Source: an uncultured Chlamydiae bacterium
Lineage (GTDB): Bacteria; Chlamydiota; Chlamydiia; Chlamydiales; SM23-39
Direction of reading: 5' to 3'
DNA: 46,171 nt
Assembly: GCA_937899275.1 (NCBI GenBank)
Contig: CALBPE010000095.1
Location: 1-46,171 of the forward strand
Positions 18,356 to 28,501 of this stretch are shown here, in pieces. Made by a program: the position numbers and the translations under genes. The notes under the pieces are model-generated. The model saw only the letters and a list, made by a program, of their open reading frames with translations. It was not told the origin of the DNA and ran no database searches. How positions within the stretch are numbered: position 1 is the first letter of the stretch; each line of letters begins with the position of its first letter.

Positions 18356-19726
18356 ATGAAATTTTTCATAGAAAGCGCATATTTTCTTGCGTCTATCCTC
18401 TTTATACTCGGCTTAAAAAAACTCGGATCGCCAGATTCTGCAAAAAGAGGGAACCTTCTTTCTGCCTGCGGGATGCTGCTAGCTGTCGTAGCTACTCTTG
18501 CCCATGAAGAGATCGTATCGATTCCATCGATTTGCATTGCTATGTTTGTAGGTTCTTTGATTGGCATTTATATGGCGCAAAAAGTAGCGATGACAGCTAT
18601 GCCTGAAATGGTAGCGCTATTAAACGGATTAGGCGGGCTTTCTAGTTTATGTGTAGGAACAGCTTTTGTTTGGAGCCGCTCTATAGTTACTCCTTTAGAT
18701 TCTCTTACTTTGGCGCTGTCTATTTTTATTGGCGGCATCACCTTCACAGGAAGCGTAGTTGCTTGGGGTAAGTTAAAAGGGGTGTTGCCTACAAAATCGA
18801 TAGTATTTTTTGCACAAAAAACGCTGACCTCTTTGCTTCTTTTTGCCTCTGCTTTTGTAATGACTTTTTTAGCAATCGATCCTGCTGCAGGAAGCTATTT
18901 TTACGCCTGTCTTATTGGTTTTTGCCTTGTGTTAGGCCTACTTTTTGTCTTTCCTATTGGTGGAGCTGATATGCCTGTTGTGATCTCTCTTTTAAATAGT
19001 TATTCAGGGCTTGCTGCATCGGCTAGTGGATTTGTGATCCAAAATTCTCTTTTGATTATTTCAGGGGCTTTAGTTGGCACTTCAGGAATCATCCTCACAT
19101 CGATTATGTGTAAAGCGATGAACCGTAGTTTATCTCATGTTCTTTTTAGCGGATTTTCTCTTAAAAGCGCTTCTAAAAAAGCGGGAGAAAAAGGCTCTTA
19201 TAAAAGCATGCAGCCAGATGATGCCTACTACCTATTAGAATCTGCAAAAACAATTCTTGTAGTCCCTGGATATGGACTTGCTGTAGCGCAGGCGCAGCAT
19301 TCTTTAAAGGAGCTTTCTGCACTCTTTGAAGAAAACGGTTCAGACGTGCGTTATGCAATTCATCCAGTAGCAGGCCGCATGCCAGGACATATGAACGTAT
19401 TATTAGCAGAAGCGGGTATATCCTACGATGCATTAGTTGAAATGGATGAAATCAACCCCACGATGGAGCAGGTAGATGTATGTATTGTCATCGGAGCAAA
19501 CGACGTAGTCAATCCTTCTGCAAAAGAAGACACCTCTAGTCCTATCTACGGTATGCCTGTTATTGAAACGCATAGAGCGAAAAATGTGCTCATTTTAAAA
19601 CGCTCTATGGGATCGGGTTTTTCTGGTATTGAAAACCCTCTATTTTTTAAATCCAATGCAGCTATGCTTTTTGGCGATGCAAAAAAGACGCTACAATCGC
19701 TAGTCACATCTATGAAAAATGGTTAA
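18356..19726 (+). CDS. pntB: NAD(P) transhydrogenase subunit beta
   Basis: MPEMVA, GGADMPVVIS, HPVAGRMPGHMN, GANDVVNP. Confidence 0.96.
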   Translation: MKFFIESAYFLASILFILGLKKLGSPDSAKRGNLLSACGMLLAVVATLAHEEIVSIPSICIAMFVGSLIGIYMAQKVAMTAMPEMVALLNGLGGLSSLCVGTAFVWSRSIVTPLDSLTLALSIFIGGITFTGSVVAWGKLKGVLPTKSIVFFAQKTLTSLLLFASAFVMTFLAIDPAAGSYFYACLIGFCLVLGLLFVFPIGGADMPVVISLLNSYSGLAASASGFVIQNSLLIISGALVGTSGIILTSIMCKAMNRSLSHVLFSGFSLKSASKKAGEKGSYKSMQPDDAYYLLESAKTILVVPGYGLAVAQAQHSLKELSALFEENGSDVRYAIHPVAGRMPGHMNVLLAEAGISYDALVEMDEINPTMEQVDVCIVIGANDVVNPSAKEDTSSPIYGMPVIETHRAKNVLILKRSMGSGFSGIENPLFFKSNAAMLFGDAKKTLQSLVTSMKNG

Positions 19727-20006
19727 ATCGGCTTCTTAAGCCTCTCTCTTTTGCTATTTGTATCTTTTCACCTTGTATTCCATCAATAGAACTAAATTTT
19801 TCATTGAGTTTACAATGATATATATAGTGTTAAACTAAGTGGGGCAATTGGAGTTAGGTAGAGCAGTGATTTGTAAGCTAAATTATACGGCGCTTTCTTA
19901 TCCGGTTTTTTTGAAAAACATCCAAAAAAAAACATACCACTTTTTTATAAAGTGGTATGTTTGTGTTTTAGATAGCATTTTTTGCATGCAAACTAAATGT
20001 AATTGC

Positions 20007-21707
20007 CTACATAAAGTAACGCGCCGCTCTATTTACTGCTCCTACTAAATTGTACAGTCCGTATTGAGCAGGTCGAAAAACACTGCTGTTGAGCCGTTTG
20101 TTATTGTGGATACCTGTTGCAAATTCCTTTTGCAACTTTTTATGTCGTTTAATTTGCTCATCAGTGCATTCGATTCTACGCGTATGCTGTGGTAATTGCG
20201 GGCTAACAAGAGTGAAGCCTTCCTTGTCCTGGAGGTAGTTACTGATCTGACTGTAATTTCTCCTTTGAGCTCTTTCTAGTCGGTTGAACTGAGTACTACT
20301 GCTAGATTGACGGAAATATTCCTCGCGGATTTTTCCATTATTGTAAAAGTTTTTCGTATGCGCCTCTTTGAGGCCGGTTTTAGGGTTTCGAACACGAGTG
20401 ACTCTAAAATTTAGGCCTTTTAAGGCTTTTTCCCCACACATCGGAACAAGATCATTTTCATGAGCATAATAAGAAATAGAAAAATTTTGTCTGATTTGAG
20501 GGTCTACCTGCAAGTTACGGTTCCATTGATCAATTGTTTCTTGATCTAGCTTTGGCGCGCACCACGCATAAGCGTTGACCTTTTTGATCACAAGATTTTT
20601 TAGTGCTTTCCAAGTAGCAAGCAAGACTAACATACGTTGTACGTCAGCTCCTCCAAGAGAATGGCCCGTTACTTCAAAGTGCTTGCAACCGCTAGCTTGC
20701 AAAATAGCTAAAATATTTTGTTCGCAATTGTCAAATGCTGTTTTACCAACACCTGTTGGATCAAGGTCTCTTTGTACACTGTTTACCCCATTTGTTCCTC
20801 GACACTGGATATGTAAAGGTCCCTTGCCATGTAGCGGAGTCCAAAATAGCAGGTGCACGCCGTCTTTATGAATTTGAGCTTTTAATACATAGAGCTGTTT
20901 TTCTTTTTGCTCGCTCATTACTTCTATGATCATACCGTTTTTTAAAGATTCTGGTAGAGAGTAGGATGCTTTTGCTTCTAATTCCCGAAAGGGGTCTACA
21001 GCACTTTTCAAAGAAGTATTTTTCATTGTTTCATTGAAAAGGTGATCATAAAGACCTAGTCGAATATCTTTACTTTTTTTTCCTTTTTCTATCAGTACTG
21101 CCGCTGCTTTTGGATTACAAAAAGCCTGTATCAACTTGCGTAGCTGATAGGCAGGTAGATCTCTTACTGAATATACTGGGGAAAAATCCATAGGATTTAA
21201 ATGTTCTAGAGCAGCGCAAGGATGTCTTTGCTTAAAATTGTAAAATTCTTGGTCCAAATCCTCCAGATTCAAATGATGGCGTACTGCCACAAGCCAATGT
21301 AATTTATCTTTATCGGTTAGTTTATTTGAAAATTTGTTGTAGAAACGGGAGTGGTTATCTCCTTGAAATACTATTTTATCTACAACAGATGAGCCATAAA
21401 TACTAGAGAGGAGGTGGATAAATTTTTCTTTGTTACAAGTATTTAGTAACTGTTGCCCACAGGGAGCGCTTTGAATAGCTTCGCATAGTTTGCGTGTGTA
21501 ATGATCTTTTCTACTTTCTAAAGGCTGGAGCGCAATTGGAGCTAGCATTTTAGATTGTTGAGCAGATACTTTGTTTTTGGTAAATAAATGAGAAGCTCTT
21601 GATAGGGGGCGTATGTTTCTACCAAAAATAGTAGGTGCTGGATTAGAAAAGTGCTTTATAGATGCTACAGGCTGAAAAACACGAGGTATTGACCGAAAAA
21701 TATTCAT
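20007..21707 (-). CDS. Class-3 lipase (alpha/beta hydrolase) family protein, candidate host-targeted effector
   Basis: CRGT, VTGHSLGGA, NDLVP and EAH motifs; long N-terminal extension. Confidence 0.75.
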   Translation of the reverse strand: MNIFRSIPRVFQPVASIKHFSNPAPTIFGRNIRPLSRASHLFTKNKVSAQQSKMLAPIALQPLESRKDHYTRKLCEAIQSAPCGQQLLNTCNKEKFIHLLSSIYGSSVVDKIVFQGDNHSRFYNKFSNKLTDKDKLHWLVAVRHHLNLEDLDQEFYNFKQRHPCAALEHLNPMDFSPVYSVRDLPAYQLRKLIQAFCNPKAAAVLIEKGKKSKDIRLGLYDHLFNETMKNTSLKSAVDPFRELEAKASYSLPESLKNGMIIEVMSEQKEKQLYVLKAQIHKDGVHLLFWTPLHGKGPLHIQCRGTNGVNSVQRDLDPTGVGKTAFDNCEQNILAILQASGCKHFEVTGHSLGGADVQRMLVLLATWKALKNLVIKKVNAYAWCAPKLDQETIDQWNRNLQVDPQIRQNFSISYYAHENDLVPMCGEKALKGLNFRVTRVRNPKTGLKEAHTKNFYNNGKIREEYFRQSSSSTQFNRLERAQRRNYSQISNYLQDKEGFTLVSPQLPQHTRRIECTDEQIKRHKKLQKEFATGIHNNKRLNSSVFRPAQYGLYNLVGAVNRAARYFM

Positions 21708-21784
21708 GGTTCCCTTTTACGAAAATAAATTGATGAAATTGTATTAATAATAAGGTAAACAGAACAATTACGTCAACAAAGCGT

Positions 21785-22798
21785 TCAGATAGAAATATTT
21801 TGTAACAACTTCCAAACAGTTTCTGGTGAAATTTGTTCTAAACAGGCAGGTTTTTTGTGCGACCTTCCTTGAAATAAACAGCGCTGTTTATGACAGGGAA
21901 AACAGGAAAGAGAAGAATGTATATGCGCTACATTTTTTCCTATAGATCCCACTTTTTTTGGATCGGTAGGGCCATGTATACCGACTAAAGGCCTATTTAA
22001 AGCGCCTGCTAATTGCCCCAAACCAGTATCGACAGAGACAACGCCTTCAGCTTTCGATAAAATCTTTGCAATTGCAATAAGAGATAGTTTAGGAAGTACA
22101 AGAGCGTTTTTTGTTTTTTCTGCGATCCATTCTGCCCGTTTTTTTTCTTTTTCAGAGCCCCAAAACAAAACTACTTGATGAGGTATTTTTTGAATTAAAC
22201 GGGCAAAAAATTCTGCAGGCCATAATTTTGTTTTCCAGCTTGCCGCATGAATACATGCGTAATATCTATTTGGAAGCTCTAATGGAAGAGGATTTTTTTC
22301 TTTAGGGATATGAATAGAGAAATTGGGAGGGCTTTTTGGCTTAGGATAGCCTAAAGCTAATGAGAAAAACTCTCGAAGGTGTTCTACTGCATGCTGATTT
22401 CTAGACACAGTGTGCTTGATCTGGTAAGCAAAATGGGCGATGTATTCTCGGCAAGAGCGCTTATCTAATCCAACGCGTTTGCCCCTTGCTAGAAGAGAGA
22501 TAAGAGCGCTTTTCCAGTTGGTCTGCCCATCTAAAATTAGGTCGTATTTTTTTAATCTAAGCTGCTTAATAAAGCGGCTAATGGCTGGAATCGATGTAAA
22601 GGGTTTTTTTCTCCAATGCCTATGATCGGTTAAGATGATTTTTTGAATATGGGGATGGAGTTTTGCGATATCTTGAAAATTTGTATCGATTACCCAGTCA
22701 ATTTCTAAGGAAGAAGCATGTTCTACAGCGTCGGTTATGCTAGCTAGCGCATGCACAATATCTCCCATAGAACTCAGTTTGATAAACAGAATACGCAT
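21785..22798 (-). CDS. waaC: Lipopolysaccharide heptosyltransferase I (GT9)
   Basis: RILFIKLSSMGDIVHA, HAVE, HAASWKTKLWP, VSVDTGL, GPTDP. Confidence 0.85.
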   Translation of the reverse strand: MRILFIKLSSMGDIVHALASITDAVEHASSLEIDWVIDTNFQDIAKLHPHIQKIILTDHRHWRKKPFTSIPAISRFIKQLRLKKYDLILDGQTNWKSALISLLARGKRVGLDKRSCREYIAHFAYQIKHTVSRNQHAVEHLREFFSLALGYPKPKSPPNFSIHIPKEKNPLPLELPNRYYACIHAASWKTKLWPAEFFARLIQKIPHQVVLFWGSEKEKKRAEWIAEKTKNALVLPKLSLIAIAKILSKAEGVVSVDTGLGQLAGALNRPLVGIHGPTDPKKVGSIGKNVAHIHSSLSCFPCHKQRCLFQGRSHKKPACLEQISPETVWKLLQNISI

Positions 22799-22876
22799 GA
22801 AAAAATCATATACAAAAGCGAACTTTCCGACAATTGTAAGGTGTCTTTTGTTCGCTTTTGTAATGCACTAGTTTGT

Positions 22877-24145
22877 TTATGCGTCTACTGCTTGGAATTT
22901 TGATGGTACACCTCGTCTTTGCATCGCTTTGATGGCGATAAATGCAAATATCGTAGTTCCAAGTAGGTAAAATCCAGGTGCATAGATCACATTTGTGACT
23001 TTATATAGCCAAAGGGATAAAGACGCAGAGGGAGAGCCAATGATCTGTGAGCCTAAAGCGTAACCTAAAGCCACAATTAAAAAGCGGCTTTTTGCTGGAA
23101 CCTGTTCGATAGACCAGCTATAGAAAGGCGCTGCAAATAAAATCCCTAAAATCACAAATACCGTACGCACAATGGAGGAAATAATTAACGATCCTGTGCT
23201 TAAAAGTGCAAAACCTGGAATAGCCACTAATCCTAGGCAGATTGCGCTTCTACTCATGATGTATTCTTTGCCATATTTTGAGGAAATATACCCAGCTACT
23301 GGTAATAACATAAGGTCTAAAAGTAGTAGATAGCTATTGATACCTACAGCTTCTTTCTTTGATATAGAAGAGATCAAGGGTAAAAAACCGTTCATAAATG
23401 TTGTGCTCATTGAATAGATAGTATAGGAAAGTCCTGATACAGCAATGATTGCTAAAAGTTCTTTAGGGTATTTAAATAGTACTTGTAGTACGTTTTTCGC
23501 ATCGGGACGCTCATCTGAAGGTTCTTCTTCCATAGATCTTCTGAGATAGATGCCCACACATCCGCAGATAGAGCCTAAAAGAAAGAGGTATCTCCAACCG
23601 GTTTCTAACACTTCAAAATGGTAGCCTAAAGTCACAATCACCGAAGCTAGGAGTATACCTAAAATATTTGTGCAGTCGTACAAACTGCTCAAAAAACTTT
23701 TTTCTTTTTGTTTCGATTGTTCTAATACAAAAATCGCGCCGCCGACTACTTCACCTGCAGCAAAAAAGCTCTGGAAGAATCGTAAAAAAGCAAGTAATAG
23801 GGGAGCTAAGTAGCCGATGCTATTATAGGTAGGTAAAAATCCTATTAAACAGGTGCTAATTGCCATACCAGAAAGGGACATCGATAGTGACCTCTTTCTA
23901 CCCCAAAAATCACCAATCTTTCCAAAGCAAATTGCGCCCAAAGGCTTTGCAATGATGCCTAAAGGCAAAATGGCATAGGTTTTGATCAAAGCGGTTGTAG
24001 GATCATCGGGAAAAAATAGGGGCGCAAGAAGGGGCGCAAGTAGCCCAAATAACGCACCGTCATAATGCTCAAAGATATTACCGATCATGCCGGTGAGCAT
24101 CGCTTTTCGGCTAGATCGTAGTTCTGCAATAGTTGAAGACTGCAT
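22877..24145 (-). CDS. MFS transporter, ProP/metabolite:H+ symporter-like
   Basis: GNIFEHYD, PLGAICFGKIGD.WGRK, LPTY; multiple TM segments. Confidence 0.88.
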   Translation of the reverse strand: MQSSTIAELRSSRKAMLTGMIGNIFEHYDGALFGLLAPLLAPLFFPDDPTTALIKTYAILPLGIIAKPLGAICFGKIGDFWGRKRSLSMSLSGMAISTCLIGFLPTYNSIGYLAPLLLAFLRFFQSFFAAGEVVGGAIFVLEQSKQKEKSFLSSLYDCTNILGILLASVIVTLGYHFEVLETGWRYLFLLGSICGCVGIYLRRSMEEEPSDERPDAKNVLQVLFKYPKELLAIIAVSGLSYTIYSMSTTFMNGFLPLISSISKKEAVGINSYLLLLDLMLLPVAGYISSKYGKEYIMSRSAICLGLVAIPGFALLSTGSLIISSIVRTVFVILGILFAAPFYSWSIEQVPAKSRFLIVALGYALGSQIIGSPSASLSLWLYKVTNVIYAPGFYLLGTTIFAFIAIKAMQRRGVPSKFQAVDA

Positions 24146-24998
24146 AAAAACCTCTTATGGTTAAAGTAGAAAAAAGAGATACCCACATCGATAAAGAGAA
24201 AAGGAGAGTTGCAGCTTGAAAAGAGGAGATATTTCGGTTTATTTTGGGTAAAAAATATAGAATTGCAATCGAGCCTATACTAACGATAGACGATCTGGTG
24301 AGAAAAGAACACGTGTTTTTCGGCTTCGGTAAGTATAAAGAACTGATAATGGATAGGAATAAGCCGATAGAAACAGTAGCAAAAGTGATCAGTAGGACAA
24401 GCGTTTTTTTTTCAGCAAAGGATAAGAAAATACAAGGAGTAAAAACAGCAAGCCCTGTAAAAAGATAAGGCCTTTGTCCAACCATCCGCTCAATTTTTTC
24501 ATGGAAATAGATGAATAAAGCGCTAATCACAGCTCCTACAGCGTAGCCTCCGATTACATCGGTTAGGTAATGTACGCCTAGAAAAAAGCGGGATATCCCA
24601 ACAAATAAAGCAAAGAAAAAGCCCGTTTTATAAGCCCAAGGTTTTTTGATGCTGTAAGCTAAAAAAGCTGCTAAGACAACCGATATTTGCGCTCCACCGC
24701 TAGGAAAGCTCCAGCCTGTGCAACGTACAATAGCGAGTTTTGGCATGTGCACGCAAGGCCTTGGCAAGGCAACCCAATACTTTAAAACCATATTCATTAC
24801 GCTAGAACACCAGACTAAGTAAAATAAGCGGGCTCCCCATTTCCAAGAGTAGCCGACCCAAATGATGGGTATGAGTAAAAAGAGGAATAAAGGCGTGTCA
24901 AAAAAATTTAGGAATAAAAGCATCTGATCAATGGGAAAATGGCGCCGCTCTGCGATCCATTGTAACCAAGTTAATTGATGATCAATAAAAAAATACAT
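24111..24998 (-). CDS. PAP2 family membrane phosphatase
   Basis: K......RP, SFPSG, SRFFLGVHYLTDV. Confidence 0.88.
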   Translation of the reverse strand: MYFFIDHQLTWLQWIAERRHFPIDQMLLFLNFFDTPLFLFLLIPIIWVGYSWKWGARLFYLVWCSSVMNMVLKYWVALPRPCVHMPKLAIVRCTGWSFPSGGAQISVVLAAFLAYSIKKPWAYKTGFFFALFVGISRFFLGVHYLTDVIGGYAVGAVISALFIYFHEKIERMVGQRPYLFTGLAVFTPCIFLSFAEKKTLVLLITFATVSIGLFLSIISSLYLPKPKNTCSFLTRSSIVSIGSIAILYFLPKINRNISSFQAATLLFSLSMWVSLFSTLTIRGFYAVFNYCRTTI

Positions 24999-25184
24999 GA
25001 CAAGGTGTTATACACCTCAGCAGATTTTTGAATCGAGATTTTTTTGTTTTTCCTGAGATTTAATGCGTGTAACTAGGCATGATCTGCTAAAAAACACGTT
25101 CTTAAAGAATACATATTTTTATAGGATGAAAATTTTTTACCAAAAGTAGAGCGCAAAGCCTCTTCCTTTAGGTGGGAGAGGATG

Positions 25185-26699
25185 TCAAAGGTAACCAAAT
25201 AAAGAGGAGCTATTTTCCATAAGCTTGCTAAAAGAGGTAAAGCTCTCCTCTTCAAACAGCGCTAGCGACATGCCGATGATTTCTCCTTTTTTATTGCGGT
25301 GAAATTGCACGCCATTTTGCTGGGTGCCTACAATCGGAGAGTGCATGGAAAATCGGTCTTGCTGTTGCATATGAAGAAAAAACGGCATTTCGTGAGGTCC
25401 CATGAAAAGGACAAGATGCTGCTCTTTTTTTAGAACTTTTACTTTACCAAATACCTCACTTTGGTAGTTTCCGACGTATTTATCCAAAGGTGCGTTTGTA
25501 AAAAGAGTAGCAGGGCGGTATTTTTGGTTTTCTTGCTTTTGCTCTTCAAAAAATACCTTTGTCCAATTGCGATCTTTTTTTCCATAGTATGCATCAAAAA
25601 AATCCCATACAAGAGCTTCTGGGGCTTTTGTTTTTCTTAAATTTGTGAGAATCACAATCCCTAAACGCTCTTTGGGGATAAACGCGAGGATGGATCTTGC
25701 TCCGAACGTTTCTCCACCATGCCATACAAAAGGTCGCGGTGCAATTTGTGTAATTGCCCAACCCATCCCGTAATAACAGGGTTTTTTTCCAATATATTTG
25801 GAAAAGATTTGAGGGCGCCTTAGCTGCGCCATTTGTTTTGCAGAAAGTAGTGAAGAGGCTTTTTCCTCATCTACTCTTAGTTGGAAATTCATCCAACGGA
25901 CAAGATCCTCTACGTTGGAATGGATCCCGCCTGCAGGAAGAAACTGTTCGATTGCTTGCAAGCAGGGAAGTTTATCTGGAATATACAAGGCCCCTTTTTC
26001 AGAGTACGTGTAAAATGAGGAGCGGTTTTTTTCTTTTAAATATTTTTGCACAGAAAACATCGTTTGGTTCATGCCGAGTGGGGTGCAAAGCCGGTTTTGT
26101 AAAAGATCTGCAAAAGAGCTATTTGTGATCTTTTCTAAGACCTTTCCTGCGGTCACATAAAAGATATTTTGGTAGCTGCATTTTGTGCGAAATGAGCTAG
26201 TTGGTTTGATAAATCGTAGGTTGTATTCGATTTCATTAGGTGTAAGGCCTACTAAAGCCTGCATATTACCTGTTTTTTCAGGAAGACCAGAGCGGTGGGT
26301 GAGGAGGTCTTCAATCGAAAATTCTGCACTTACCCAAGGGTCGTATAGCGTAAAGTCAGGTAGGTATTTGCGGACAGGATCTTTCCAGTCGAGCTTATTT
26401 TCTTCTACGAAAAGCGCAGTTAAAGTGGAGGTAAAGCTTTTAGAGATAGAGCCGATTTGAAAAAGCGTACTTGGCGTGACAAGCTCTTTTTTCTCTACGT
26501 TCCGGTAGCCGTATCCTTTGATGAATAGGGTCTTTCCATCTTTTACTACCGCTACTGCAGCCCCTGGAATGCCCCACTGATCCAACGCTTGTTCTATCCC
26601 TTTTTCAAATAGGGTAGTTGCCCGGTCTAAAGAAGGGGCTCCGAATAAAGGCGATATAAAAATGAACGGCAGAAAAAGACTATCCAACAAGTAACGCAT
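25185..26699 (-). CDS. Exported serine hydrolase (beta-lactamase/AmpC-like family) with C-terminal DUF3471-like domain
   Basis: FQIGSISKSF (SxxK), LLTHRSG, YQN, HGG; signal peptide. Confidence 0.88.
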   Translation of the reverse strand: MRYLLDSLFLPFIFISPLFGAPSLDRATTLFEKGIEQALDQWGIPGAAVAVVKDGKTLFIKGYGYRNVEKKELVTPSTLFQIGSISKSFTSTLTALFVEENKLDWKDPVRKYLPDFTLYDPWVSAEFSIEDLLTHRSGLPEKTGNMQALVGLTPNEIEYNLRFIKPTSSFRTKCSYQNIFYVTAGKVLEKITNSSFADLLQNRLCTPLGMNQTMFSVQKYLKEKNRSSFYTYSEKGALYIPDKLPCLQAIEQFLPAGGIHSNVEDLVRWMNFQLRVDEEKASSLLSAKQMAQLRRPQIFSKYIGKKPCYYGMGWAITQIAPRPFVWHGGETFGARSILAFIPKERLGIVILTNLRKTKAPEALVWDFFDAYYGKKDRNWTKVFFEEQKQENQKYRPATLFTNAPLDKYVGNYQSEVFGKVKVLKKEQHLVLFMGPHEMPFFLHMQQQDRFSMHSPIVGTQQNGVQFHRNKKGEIIGMSLALFEEESFTSFSKLMENSSSLFGYL

Positions 26700-26766
26700 A
26701 CATCATCCTAAAAATTTTTTTAAGCAAATCATTAACGAGCTAAAAAAGTAAAGTATTTTCGCCTGT

Positions 26767-27711
26767 TCAATGGATCTTCTGCAGAAGTAGATAGCTTAAA
26801 TATGCCCCATACGAAAGAAAAAAAAGGGCTCCTTGCCGCCTTCCAAGGTAGGGCTTATAAAGCAGTTGTAATATAAAAGCGCCGTGCAAGAAAAGTAAAA
26901 AACCATAATCCACATAGCTGATCTCTACAAAAGATAGCGGCTGCACTAAGCTAATGGATCCTAAAATTCCGAGAACATTGTAAATGTTGGAGCCAACAAT
27001 GCCGCCAATGAGTAGCATTTGCTGCCTTCGGTAAGCTGCTGTAACGGTCGCTGCAAGTTCTGGCAAGGAGGTGCCAATCGAAGTGAGGGTAAGGCCTATG
27101 ATAGTATCAGAGAGACCAAGCTGTTGCGCAAGAAAAAGACAGCTAATTAAAAAAAGGTGCGATCCATATAGCAAAGATGCGAGGCTAATGGGTAAAAATA
27201 GGCAAGATCTACGCGCGCTCCAAGTATCTATTTTGTTTTCAGATGGATTTTGTGGGCGGTTTTTTCCGTAGAAGTAGCTGTATGCTGTATACAAACCAAG
27301 AAGCAATAAAAAACATGCTCCGAGCCAGCGGCTGGTAAGCCCTTGTAAGCCAGCTATTACTAACGCTAAAGAGCATAAGCCCATAAAAGGAGCATCGATC
27401 CACCGGATATTTTTTTCACAAGCAGTAGGTCGTATCATCAATCCCAATCCAACAATACATGAGCTATTGAATATATTTGATCCAATAATGTTGCCAGAAG
27501 ATACATCTGCATGACCTAGGAAAAGGGCATCTAAGGTAACCAAAAGTTCAGGTGCGCTACTCCCATATCCCACAATTACAAGACCTGTAAAAAAAGGAGA
27601 AAGGCCCCATAGCGCTGCTAGAGAGGCAGAAGACTGAATCAGCCACTTAGCTCCAAAACATAGTAAAAGCAGCCCGAAAACAAGAGGTAATAGAGAAAAT
27701 AGTAAGAACAT
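26767..27711 (-). CDS. Calcium/sodium antiporter (YrbG-like)
   Basis: Duplicated GSSAPE/GTSLPE and GSNIFN/GSNIYN alpha repeats. Confidence 0.9.
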   Translation of the reverse strand: MFLLFSLLPLVFGLLLLCFGAKWLIQSSASLAALWGLSPFFTGLVIVGYGSSAPELLVTLDALFLGHADVSSGNIIGSNIFNSSCIVGLGLMIRPTACEKNIRWIDAPFMGLCSLALVIAGLQGLTSRWLGACFLLLLGLYTAYSYFYGKNRPQNPSENKIDTWSARRSCLFLPISLASLLYGSHLFLISCLFLAQQLGLSDTIIGLTLTSIGTSLPELAATVTAAYRRQQMLLIGGIVGSNIYNVLGILGSISLVQPLSFVEISYVDYGFLLFLHGAFILQLLYKPYLGRRQGALFFLSYGAYLSYLLLQKIH

Positions 27712-27911
27712 GAAAAACCTGATGCCGCAATCATCTATAATCGTGACATATTACCAATCGATTTGTCGAGAGATTCATAAGGTGTAGATGCGAGATTTCA
27801 GAAAAATTGGAGCGCAGCTAAAATCTTTTTGAATAGGATAAGATTTCAGAGGTAGATTAAATCTTTTTTTTGCTCTATGATAGGACTAATATTTTTGATG
27901 AAATAGGTACT

Positions 27912-28493
27912 ATGAGTAGGATTTTTCTTCGAGGATTGATTGCCATTACTCCTCTTGCTTTAACGGTAGCGATTTTAACCTGGGTGTTTTTGATTTTAGA
28001 GAATATCTCCAGCTGGCTTTTTACCTATATTATTGGTGATGCTTACTATTTTCCCGGTTTAGGTATCGCTATTGCTCTTGTATTCATTTTTTTTGTGGGT
28101 ACAGTCATCAATAACTTTCTTATTCAAAAAATCTATCAGTATAACGACCGTTTGTTTCGGAAAATCCCCCTGATTAAAACGGTATACAATGCGATTTCTG
28201 ATTTAATGAGTTTTTTTCAGACAGAAAAAAATGAAAAACTCAGTCAGGTTGTTGTCCTGAATTTACAAGGCATCCGGCTTCTTGGTTTTGTCACAAGAGA
28301 GCAGCTAAAAGATTTGCCCGAAGAGATGGGAGGGGAAGAAGATGTTGTAGTCTACGTTCCTTTCAGCTACCAAATTGGGGGATATACCTGTATTGTACCG
28401 AGATCCCGTGTGCAGCGCATTTCTTTAAGTGTAGAAGAAGGAATGCGCTTTTGTGTGACCGCCGGAATCATGAAAAAACATAAAAAAGTGTAG
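27912..28493 (+). CDS. DUF502 family membrane protein
   Basis: FLRGL..PLALT, KIPLIKTVY, VYVPFSYQIGG, SVEEGMRF; ATG 27912 preferred. Confidence 0.85.
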   Translation: MSRIFLRGLIAITPLALTVAILTWVFLILENISSWLFTYIIGDAYYFPGLGIAIALVFIFFVGTVINNFLIQKIYQYNDRLFRKIPLIKTVYNAISDLMSFFQTEKNEKLSQVVVLNLQGIRLLGFVTREQLKDLPEEMGGEEDVVVYVPFSYQIGGYTCIVPRSRVQRISLSVEEGMRFCVTAGIMKKHKKV

Positions 28494-28501
28494 GAGATTC
28501 T

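Noticed and set aside
19857..19878. GGTAGAGCAGTG identical to tRNA-Asn 10633-10644, followed by an anticodon-loop-like TTTGTAA
   Set aside because: No stems or T-arm; a 12-nt match to some part of the tRNA is plausible by chance in 46 kb, and the D-arm is an unlikely att core
19839..20048. 69-aa plus-strand ORF between pntB and the lipase
   Set aside because: GTG start without SD, non-protein-like composition, overlaps the lipase 3' end
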